Of a stretch of DNA of 64,000 bases, positions 1 through 9,400 are shown piece after piece (position 1 is the stretch's first letter; each line of letters begins with the position of its first letter). The stretch is from Victivallis vadensis (GTDB lineage: Bacteria; Verrucomicrobiota; Kiritimatiellia; UBA8416; CAMCYG01). The notes beneath the pieces were generated by a model that saw nothing but the letters and a program-made list of their open reading frames with translations, was not told the DNA's origin and searched no databases. The stretch is from the NCBI GenBank assembly GCA_945883775.1, contig CAMCYG010000001.1, positions 606 through 64,605 on the forward strand. Reading direction: 5' to 3'. The translations under genes and the position numbers were made by a program.

Positions 1-416
1 AGCTCGGAGACAAGTTTGATGAAGTATATGAAACTGTTGATGTGCCATATGCCTATTACAGTGTACTAAAAGGGACGAACGTCATAGGCCGGATGCACGG
101 CGTTAATCAGAAAGGGAAATACGGCGGAATGCAGCTTATCATCTCCACGGGGCTTGATGGCAGGATAGTGCATTTCTATTACCAGAAGATATCCTCGCCG
201 GAGGCAAAGAAGTTCAGAGCGGATAATTTCACAAAACAGTTCATAGGCTTATCCCTTGAAGATTTCATGAATTCGGCGGTTCCTGATGGTAAAATCGGAA
301 AAATAAAGGATCCTACTGAGAAAAGCGCGGAGGATTTCAAGTCAACCATCCGCGGCCTTAAAAAGAATGTACTTATGCTTGATCAGTTTGTTAACAAGGC
401 GAAGAAGAATATTTAG
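1..416 (+). CDS. FMN-binding-domain-like protein, 5-prime partial
   Basis: Frame 3 is open from nt 3, so the listed GTG at 42 is probably internal. GKYGGMQLIISTGLDGRIVHFYYQKISSPE resembles the FMN_bind (RnfG/NosR-type) core. It is the first of four same-strand genes. Confidence 0.5.
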   Translation, partial: LGDKFDEVYETVDVPYAYYSVLKGTNVIGRMHGVNQKGKYGGMQLIISTGLDGRIVHFYYQKISSPEAKKFRADNFTKQFIGLSLEDFMNSAVPDGKIGKIKDPTEKSAEDFKSTIRGLKKNVLMLDQFVNKAKKNI

Positions 417-449
417 CCGCAATAAACGCAGATAAAGAAGGGATATGAA

Positions 450-821
450 ATGAAAGCAGTATTTGGAATATCGGTCATGGCTGCCATGTGTGTGTTGGCC
501 GCTGGATGCGGGAAGCAGGAGAATAAGAAAGCTGAGACTCCGACGTCGACAGTTGAGCAGATTGTAAAGATTGGAGATATCCTCAAGACCCCTGATTCTT
601 ACACGAACAAGACGGTGGCGATAACCGGAAAGATAATACGCGAATGTCCGTCTGGCTGCTGGTTTGACCTGCAGGAAGGCGGGGCAATAATACATGTCGA
701 TTTAAAGCCGGCCGGCCTTGCGATACCTCAGGAAGTCGGAAAACATGCCGTTGTGGAAGGAAAAGTCAGAATTGCGGACAATAATGTTGAGGTGACAGGG
801 ACGAAAGTAGATGTCAAGTAG
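450..821 (+). CDS. small lipoprotein, DUF4920-like
   Basis: Signal peptide with lipobox LAAGC (MKAVFGISVMAAMCVLAAGCGK). The ECPSGCWFDL motif is, as I recall it, typical of DUF4920-type proteins. Confidence 0.6.
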   Translation: MKAVFGISVMAAMCVLAAGCGKQENKKAETPTSTVEQIVKIGDILKTPDSYTNKTVAITGKIIRECPSGCWFDLQEGGAIIHVDLKPAGLAIPQEVGKHAVVEGKVRIADNNVEVTGTKVDVK

Positions 822-849
822 TCAGCGATCAGCTGAGGAATAACGCCAG
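822..849 (+). repeat. heptad-periodic spacer (4 x 7 nt) between stop and ATG
   Basis: tcagcga tcagctg aggaata acgccag ATG. Confidence 0.5.
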
Positions 850-2034
850 ATGAAATTTGTTTTAATAGCATTGAAGACGCTCAAGAGAAAGAAGATCAGA
901 ACTTGCCTGACTCTTTCCGGCGTTGCCATTGCAGTCGCTGTAATGGTGAGCCTTCTTGGGTTTGATCGCGGCTATCAGAAGGCGCTTCAGGGTGATATGG
1001 ACAAAATGGGGTATCAACTGCTTGTGACCGCTAAGGGCTGTCCTTATGAAGCGGCAACGCTTATGCTTAAAGGCGGAGGCGGACTGAAGTACATGGACGA
1101 GGCAGTATTTGCGAAGATAGTAAAGGACCCACGGATTGAAAACATCACGCCTCAACTGGTGGCGACTGCTTATGATCCTGACCGGGGCGAAGGCGCCGGA
1201 GGAATCGCGATGTATATGGGGATTGATGACAGCTACCTCAAGCTCAAGCCATGGTCCAAGTTCAAGACCGGAGGCTGGTTCACATCGCCTGATGCTGATG
1301 AAGTTATAATGGGCTACGAGGCGGCAGAACTTGAACAGAGGCATGTCGGAGATGAGGTGTTTGTGCCCGGCAAGGAAAAGATCCTGAAAGTGGTAGGAAT
1401 TATGGAAAGGATTGGGACTCAGGATGACGGGATCATCTTCATGCCGCTTAAGACGACACAGAGAATCTTCAACACTGGCGGCAAGATCACAGGTATAGGC
1501 GTCAAACTCAAAGACATTGCAGATATAACTAAATTCGAAGAGGACCTTTACAATGAACCAGGGATACAGGTTATAAGCATGGCTGAGGTCAAAGGAACTA
1601 TATTCAACCTGATGTCATCGGCGAAGACGCTTACAAACTCAATTGCAGCCATAGCCATAATCATCGCGCTGATCGGGGTCATCAACACGATCCTGATGTC
1701 GGTGTTCGAGCGCACAAAGGACATTGGCGTCATGAAGGCATTAGGGGCTTCGAAACTTGATATCTTCCAGATCATCTGGCTGGAGACCACTCTTATATGT
1801 GCAATAGGTGGAATACTTGGTGATATACTTGCCGTGCTAGGAGGGGTATTTGTGGAAAAGCTCATCAAAAGCATACTTCCATATGCACCCAGCGGACATC
1901 TGGTCGATGTCACCCCTGACCTGCTTGTGTATTCAATAATCGGTGCAGTGCTGACAGGCCTTATAGCCGGAATATATCCGGCATGGCGCGCATGTACAAT
2001 GCGACCAGTGCAGGCTATAAGAAGCGCGGGCTGA
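850..2034 (+). CDS. ABC transporter permease, FtsX/MacB-LolE type
   Basis: N-terminal TM helix, an extracytoplasmic domain of about 230 aa, and a C-terminal FtsX-type module (IAAIAIIIALIGVINTILMSVFERTKDIGVMKALGA). Confidence 0.85.
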   Translation: MKFVLIALKTLKRKKIRTCLTLSGVAIAVAVMVSLLGFDRGYQKALQGDMDKMGYQLLVTAKGCPYEAATLMLKGGGGLKYMDEAVFAKIVKDPRIENITPQLVATAYDPDRGEGAGGIAMYMGIDDSYLKLKPWSKFKTGGWFTSPDADEVIMGYEAAELEQRHVGDEVFVPGKEKILKVVGIMERIGTQDDGIIFMPLKTTQRIFNTGGKITGIGVKLKDIADITKFEEDLYNEPGIQVISMAEVKGTIFNLMSSAKTLTNSIAAIAIIIALIGVINTILMSVFERTKDIGVMKALGASKLDIFQIIWLETTLICAIGGILGDILAVLGGVFVEKLIKSILPYAPSGHLVDVTPDLLVYSIIGAVLTGLIAGIYPAWRACTMRPVQAIRSAG

Positions 2035-2060
2035 GGGAAGGCAAGATCATAGACAGTAAA

Positions 2061-2116
2061 CGGTTGACGGTGGAATCGCGAAACGGAAGACGCAAGACTG
2101 AGGACGGAACGGAATA
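2061..2116 (+). repeat. heptad-periodic purine-rich tract (8 x 7 nt) ending at ATG
   Basis: cggttga cggtgga atcgcga aacggaa gacgcaa gactgag gacggaa cggaata ATG. Confidence 0.6.
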
Positions 2117-2812
2117 ATGAAAGAGCTGATAACAGTCGTAAAGGCAGAGAAGTTGACGAAGGTATACAGCATGCCTGCCGAGGAAATTAGAGCTGTTGAC
2201 GGCATAGACCTTGAGATACGGAAGGGAGATTTTGTCTCTCTCATGGGGCCTTCAGGTTCCGGCAAAACGACCCTTCTGGACTTGATTGGCTGCCTCGATT
2301 CAATATCCAGCGGCAGTCTGACTGTTCTTGGGCATGATGTATCCAAAGCGAAGGAAAGCCAGCTTGTCAAAACGCGACGCGGCAGCATAGGGTTTGTATT
2401 TCAGGAATTCCTTCTGCTGCAGGAGCTCACGGCACTGGAGAACGTCGAACTGCCGCTGGTCTTTGCCAGGAGAGAGATAGACCGCGACTATTGCGTCAAA
2501 CTGCTCGAGAAAGTTGGACTTGGCCACAGGATAAATCATTTCCCCCGCGAACTTTCCGGCGGGGAGCGGCAGAGAGTGGCTGTTGCCCGGTCGCTGGCGG
2601 TCAAGCCTGCACTACTGCTTGCTGATGAGCCAACAGGAAATCTGGACACCAGAAATTCAGACGAAATATTCGCCCTCTTCAAAAAGCTAAATGCCGAGGA
2701 TGGGATCACCATCTTGGTCACCACGCATAACGAGAAGCTGGGCAATCTGGCATCAAGGAAGTTTCATCTAAAGGACGGCCGGGTTACCGACGTTTTCGGC
2801 GCTCCATGCTGA
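2117..2812 (+). CDS. ABC transporter ATP-binding protein (MacB/LolD-like)
   Basis: Walker A GPSGSGKTT, signature LSGGERQRVAVARSL, Walker B LLLADEPTGNLD, H-loop TTHN. Confidence 0.95.
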   Translation: MKELITVVKAEKLTKVYSMPAEEIRAVDGIDLEIRKGDFVSLMGPSGSGKTTLLDLIGCLDSISSGSLTVLGHDVSKAKESQLVKTRRGSIGFVFQEFLLLQELTALENVELPLVFARREIDRDYCVKLLEKVGLGHRINHFPRELSGGERQRVAVARSLAVKPALLLADEPTGNLDTRNSDEIFALFKKLNAEDGITILVTTHNEKLGNLASRKFHLKDGRVTDVFGAPC

Positions 2813-2871
2813 CGGCATTTGAGAGAAATGGATTCTTAGCGACTTCCAGAAGCTTTGCGGGCAGATCCCTC

Positions 2872-2976
2872 CACTTAATCGGATACGCTTAGTCCATCGG
2901 CTTAGTCGTTCCCAGACAGTCACTTATCGACTAAGAAGGTCGACTAAGTGTAACTGACGAAGTGTGGGATTAAGTG
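2872..2976. repeat. imperfect nested palindrome of about 105 nt
   Basis: cacttaatc (2872-2880) pairs with gattaagtg (2968-2976). cttagtc occurs twice (2888, 2901) and pairs with gactaag twice (2929, 2942). Confidence 0.7.
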
Positions 2977-3118
2977 CAGGAACGAAGTGTGCCACACAAC
3001 GACTTTCGTCGTTATCGGTCAAGCCGAAGCCTTGCAAGGGCAGGCAAGCCGGGGGTTCGGCTCGGCTGGCTTACCCCGGCAAGGCTAGCTCATAAGCCAT
3101 TCGACCGATTCGAAGATG

Positions 3119-3142
3119 CCCGGTGAGACACCGGGACTACAT
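3119..3142 (+). repeat. repeat family A hairpin (cccggtgAGAcaccggg + actacat)
   Basis: Same 24-mer at 19987-20010, reversed at 18522-18545, diverged at 49674-49696. Confidence 0.85.
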
Positions 3143-3160
3143 TCAGCCGGATTGCAGGAT

Positions 3161-3188
3161 GTAGCAGCGCATGTGTCATGCGCTGGCG
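3161..3188 (-). repeat. repeat family B, module B1 (reverse)
   Basis: gtagcagcgcatgtgtcatgcgctggcg is the reverse complement of the ccgccggcgcatgacacatgcgccgctac consensus. Confidence 0.8.
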
Positions 3189-3289
3189 TAGGCGCCATGT
3201 CGAAGGTGAGTAACATGTTCTACAGGCGACCGGATTTCAATAGAACGCGTGATGCAAAAAGTTATTTTGACAGAATTGATGAAATTCCA

Positions 3290-3360
3290 GGTCTTTTCCG
3301 CCGGCGCATGGCACCATCCTTCGTCCAAGCACTTCGGCCCGGCAAGCATGCGCCGCTACA
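3290..3360 (+). repeat. repeat family B (B1 variants)
   Basis: ggtcttttccgccggcgcatggcaccatccttcgtcca...gcatgcgccgctaca. The same string occurs at 18944-18986. Confidence 0.8.
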
Positions 3361-3393
3361 TTTTGATCAACTTCACCATTCTCCGAATCGCAT

Positions 3394-3424
3394 TATCTGC
3401 ATTCTGACTCCTGAATCCTGGTTT
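3394..3424 (-). repeat. heptad tract directly 3-prime of the ndvB stop
   Basis: tatctg cattctg actcctg aatcctg. The 19-mer 3402-3420 matches 20033-20051 at 18 of 19 positions. Confidence 0.6.
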
Positions 3425-6400
3425 TCACACCTCGCACACCTCTATTTCGACATTGTGTTCCTGATGGTCGTCGACTAGTTGTATCGAGGCCTCTGCCATT
3501 TCTTTGCCGTCGACGATCAGGCGAATTGTCCGTGCGGCCTCAGGAGCAGCACGCTTCACTGTAATGTGATAAAACGTTTCATGGTGGCGGTAGTGAAGCT
3601 TGAACGAGTCCCAGGCACGCGGCAAACTCGGATTAATATGCAATCGACCAGCTTCCAGCTGTACGCCAAGCAGAGTCTCGACAATCAGCCGATACATCCA
3701 GCCGGCAGAACCCGTATACCAGGTCCAGCCGCCACGACCGGTATGCGGAGCGATAGTATAGATATCTGCGGCGACAACATACGGTTCAACTCTGTAACGA
3801 TTGACCTGATCCAGGTCCATTGCATTACGGATCGGATTAAGTAGTGAAAACAGTTCCCACGCCCGCTCGGTTTCGCCCAATTTCGCGAATGCCATGACGG
3901 ACCAGATCGCCCCGTGGGTGTACTGTCCGCCGTTCTCCCGTATGCCAGGCGCGTAACCTTTGATATAGCCAGGTTGCAATTCGGATTTGTCAAAGGGCGG
4001 ATCGAAGAGTTGAATAAGACGCGAGTTGCGCCGAACCAGCCTCTTTTCAACACTATGCATAGCAGCGCGAGCCCTGTCCGGCGCGGCTGCACCCGAGAGC
4101 ACCGCCCAACTCTGCGCGATGGAGTCGATCTGACATTCCTCGTTTTGAGCCGAACCGAGCGGGGTCCCGTTATCGAAACACGCACGCAGATACCAGTCAC
4201 CATCCCAGCCATACAACTCTATATTCTTCTGTAACTCCTCAGCCTGGGCGGTGCATTGATCCGCAAATTCGGTATCCTGACGGGTTCGTGCCAGTTCCGC
4301 AAAAGACTGCAACACATGATACAGAAAGAAGGCAAGCCACACGCTCTCGCCCTTCCCTTTTTCGCCAACGAGATTCATGCCGTCATTCCAGTCACCGCTG
4401 CCGATCAACGGCAGACCGTGAATTCCGTATTTCAGCCCGTGTTTGATGGCACGCACACAGTGCTCGTAGAGAGTACCATCCTCGCCCGCGCGCTGTGGCA
4501 TATCGTAATATGACTCCTCATCGGCATTTACCGGACGGCCTTCCAGAAAGGGCGCACGCTCATCCAGCACTCCTGTATCGCCAGTCGTCTTCACATACCG
4601 GCAAGTGGCATATGGAAGCCAGAGATAATCGTCGGAGCAATGCGTGCGGGTACCACGGCCGGTGGGCGGATGCCACCAGTGCTGAACATCGCCTTCGATG
4701 AATTGTCGGCCGGCACACCGCAATATATGCTCACGGGCTGTCCATGGCGCGGCGTGAAGTAATGCCGCCGTATCCTGAAGCTGATCACGAAAACCATAAG
4801 CGCCGCCGGATTGATAGTATCCGCTCCTGCCCCAATAGCGACCCGCCAGCGTCTGATATTCCAGCCAGCCGTTGACCAGCAGATTCAGGGCTGGATCCGG
4901 AGTCTCTGCATACACAACACCCAGGGTCTGCTTCCAGAATTCCCAGACGCTCTCCAAAGCTTGCCGGGCACTTGCCGAACTGCCGAAACGCTGGACCAGC
5001 TGTTGAGCCTCCTCGCTATTGTTGCCCGCCCCAAGCACAAAAACAAGTTCGTGCTCCTGCCCATCGGCAAGATCGAACGGAACATGAAACGCCGCACAGG
5101 GATCGAGGCTAGCGCCAGTATGGCCGGACAAATACTGCTTCCGCATCGCTGCAGGATTGGCCGGTGTCCCGTTACGGCCCAGAAATTCTGTACGATTGCC
5201 TGTGAACGTTCGAGTGGCGGCGTTTACGTTAACAAAAACGGTTTTTCCGGCAAATTCTCGATTGTACACATTGCGGGCAAACAGCGCTCCCGTATTGGGG
5301 TCTATCTCGGTGACAACATGCATCAGGTTCGTATTCCGCCATTGGCCAAGCACCAGTTCCCAGTAACCGGCAACGGACAGGCGCCGGGTTCGTCCCGAGC
5401 TGTTGCGCACCTTGATCACCACTAACTTCACAGGAGCGTCTACTGCTACGTACGTCCACAGTTCGGAGCTGATCCCCATTTGCTTATACTCAAACACGCT
5501 GTAGCCGAATCCATGGCGGCAAACGTACGGTCCGTTACCGCGCGCCGGCAAAGGAGTCGGGGACCAGAACTGGCCGGTTTCTTCGTCCCGGATATAAAAA
5601 GCTTCTCCACTGGTGTCAGACACGGGATCGTTATGCCACGGAGTGAGTCGGAATTCATGGGCATTATCCACCCAAGTATAAGCCCCGCCGCTTTCCGAGA
5701 TCACCGTTCCGATTTGTGCGTTGGCCAGCACATTCGCCCATGGTGCGGGAGTGGTCTGCCCGGGCTTTAGCGAGACAACATACTCACGCCCATCGAGAGT
5801 GAACCCACCAATTCCATTAAAGAACAGGTGCTCGCGCTGAGTCGACGCAGCCACCGTCGTAGAAAGCTGTGACCTCGTCGGAATAAAACGCGGAACTTTT
5901 CGAACAACAGGGACTTGCCGCTCTACCTGTTCGGCCAAGGTCTCAGCACTATCGGTGAGAACCACCCGTGATACCGTTTGCAGCAGAACCCGCTCTTCCT
6001 CCGACAACTGCTCGCTTCTGCGCAGAAATATTCCACCGGCCTTATCCATCCGATCCGCTTCCGTACCTGAAGAGATCAGCCCAAGTATTCTCTCCTGTAA
6101 TACCTGCCTATACCCGGAAAAATCTTCGTTCAGGATAACCAGATCGACTTTCAGGCCTTTCTCGCGCCAATAAGCATGGGCTTTTAAAACATCGTTAACC
6201 AGAGCAATCCTGTGTACATCTGCAATGCGCAATAAAAGTATGGGCAGGTCGCCAGATATTCCAAAGGCCCACAAACCAGACTGGCCAAGCCGATTACGAA
6301 TGAGGATCCCAGCGCCAGCGCGATGTAAAGGGTTTGCGTGCAGCACCGAACTGGCCAACTTAGCATACACCTGCACCTCCGTCTCAGTAACCTGCAACTG

Positions 6401-9400
6401 CCGCCTGATGATCTGGCTGTGCGACCAGGCCATCTCGAACGCCCGTGCGGCGAAGCTGGCTTCGCGATATTTATCTATCAAAGCCAGCGCCTCCAGACGC
6501 GTGGCCGCCATTCCGAATACAATGTGCCAGTTGGCTGAGGTGTCAGGCTCGATTATGACACTCTGCCGGATGGCAACCATCGGATCAAGCACCGCACCAT
6601 CCGTATCGCCCAGCGGTCCAATTTCATCAAATGCGGCCGGATTGGCTGTAGAGCGGCAGCGTCCGATAAATTTGTCCCGATCCGTTTCGTAGGACGTGTC
6701 GCCATCCAATGTTCCCTGCGTGGTCATCAGATGGAACATCCACGGCGGATTCTCACCTGGTGCGCGCGGCCGGCGCATGCACAAAATGGCTCGTGAATCC
6801 CGAAGAATCTCGGTCTGCACAAACAGGTTGCTGAACGCCGGATGAGCGAGATCGACATTCAGAGGTGCAAGGACGACTTCCGCATAACTGGTGAGCTCAA
6901 GAGAGCGGGTCCGGGAAGAGAAGTTCGTAAGCGTAACACGGCGGACTTCGACGTCGTCTTCCGGCGACACGGCTATTTCAGTGTGCGCGTCAATGCCTTC
7001 GTCACGACGGCGATATTCGGCGCGGCCCTGCACAAAAATAGCCTCGTAGTTCTTCGCTGTGCGCCTTGTTGGTTGATAGGCCGACGACCAGAGCGAGCCA
7101 GTGGCGTTATCACGTAAATAACAGAAGGTACCCCGATCATCACAAGTTGCATCCTCGCGCCAACGTGTGACGGCGAGGTCTTTCCACCGACTGTACCCGC
7201 CTCCCGCGTTGGTGGCCATTACATGATAGCGGCCGTTGGACAATAAATGCACCTGGGGAATCTGGGTGTCCGGCGACGAAAACACACGCATGGTGGAGAC
7301 GTCGAGAACCGGCGGCCGGCGCGCGGCGCTTACTTCTGCTGCATGGGGTTGTAACGGTGAAGCAACCTTGGGAATCCGTTCGCACAACAGCAATTCCGCC
7401 GCTTTGAAGGAGAGATCCGACAGAAACCGGCGTTGCATGGGCTGGTTAAGAAGCAGGTAGTCTAGCGCCAGTAAACTCATGCCCTGATGATGTGCCATGA
7501 AACTGCGGATTGGAACACTGCTCCTGCCGCGGGGCACACGTGCAGACGTGTAATCAATCGCTTCATAAAGCCCATATTTGCCAAGGCAGCCAGCTGCCGC
7601 AAGCACTTCGATATTCTCACACGCCGCACGCGGGTCCACCATCAACGCCAGAACCGACGCGTATGGCGCGACTACCAGATCATCGGCAAGACCGCGCTTT
7701 AAGCCCAATCCCGGAACCCCGAATGCGCTATACTGATAAACACCATGGGCGTCGGTGGTGTTGTAGCAAGACTCGGATATGCCCCACGGCACACCGCGCT
7801 GACGGCCGTATTCGATATGACGGGATACGACCGCCCTGTAGGTTTGATCCAGCAGTGTGTGTTGATAAGTCGGCATCATCAGAAGCGGCATCAAATACTC
7901 GAACATCGAACCGCTCCACGACAACAGCGCCATAGCACCCGCTTGGGTTGTCAACTGCCGGCCCAGGGCAAACCAATGTTCCTCCGGCAGTTGATCCTGT
8001 GCAATCAGGACGAAACTGGCAAGCCTCGACTCAGAGGCGAGCAGATCGTAAAATGACGGATCACGGCGACGCTCGGTAACGTTGTAACCAATCGCCATTA
8101 AATCACGGGAAGGATCGTACAGAAAAGTAAAGTCCATTACAGCCTGCTCCGTACAGCGCTGGGCCAGTCTATCTATCCGGCGAATGCGCGCGGCGGCGGG
8201 ATTATTCACCGTTGCTATGCCGGCCAGTTCCTGCAGTGTCGGAACCTGATCGAATTGCCGGGGATCAGGCACAAGGAGCTGTAAATCGTCACGTGCGGCA
8301 TTGCATTGCCGGACAAGAGCCAGCGCCCACCATTGATATTCCGCATTAACGTTGCTGGATAATACCGTGACATCATTGCATAGCTCCTGGAGCAGTGCCA
8401 ACGCAGATTGGAGATCGGGCGGCGGTGGGGCTTGTAACTTTCGACGGAGCCCTGCAAATGCCGGTGACGGCAACATTTGGAGGGTATCCCCCAGCCCTGC
8501 CCAGACACGCTGCTGAAAGACCGGCTGAATCTTCAACTCAAGTAATCCTGCCCGCAATGTGGCCAGCGCCCCGGCAAGATTGCCACTATCCACACTCGAG
8601 ACATAAAGCGGGCGAAGCGGCTTGAGCGTGCGCGTGTCGTACCAATTGTAGAGATGACCCCGATAGCGTTCCAGCTGTTCCACCGCGGTAAGGGTTTTTT
8701 CTGTAAGGTCCAGCAATTGGCCCGGGGAAATGTAGCCGAAATCAATCGCCGCCAGATCAGCCAGCAAAGCCATGCCAATGTTGGTAGGAGAAGTGCGCGT
8801 AGCAATCAATGGCTCCGGGTTCTCCTGAATATTATCCGGCGGCAGCCAATGATCTTCCGCGGCGACCAGTTCTTCGAAGTATCGCCAGGTCTTACGGGAT
8901 AACCCTCGCAGGAACGTCCGCTGTACTTCGGACAACTCCGACTGCACCTGCACGTTAGGCAGGCTGATCCACCAACCGACCAAGGGGGAAACCAACCAAA
9001 GCAGTAACACCATCCCGCTGACGGACAGCTCTTCAGGATGCGTCAGCGCCAACCCGATGAGCCCGACTACAGCGAATAATGGTGAAACCCACATCTCCCT
9101 GAGGAAGTCGGCCCGCGTCGTGCTATTGTTGCGCTTGACATAGCGCGGTGTGTGCCAAAGCAGTAACCCACGTCGGGTAAACCCCATGCGCCCTTTTGAA
9201 ACAAGGATTGCATCCAGATTGATGATGGCGCGATACGGCAAGGTACACAAACTTAGCCCAACCTCAGCGAGCTGGCGTCTCAGCGATTTGAGGGTAGAAA
9301 CAAGATGCATTAACAGCGTACGCTCGCGAGGTTTGTGAACCACTTCTACAAGGGTCGCCAGCAGCACAGGCAGTAGACACAGCAGGATTACAAACAACGT

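Noticed and set aside
3116-3478. The 120-aa ORF, and the similar ORFs 12846..13085, 18772..19062 and 62892..63095.
   Set aside because: They are composed almost wholly of repeat families A, B, C and E. The shared peptide strings (for example TVAELACQAIASWRRLVSSS) reflect DNA repeats, not a protein family.
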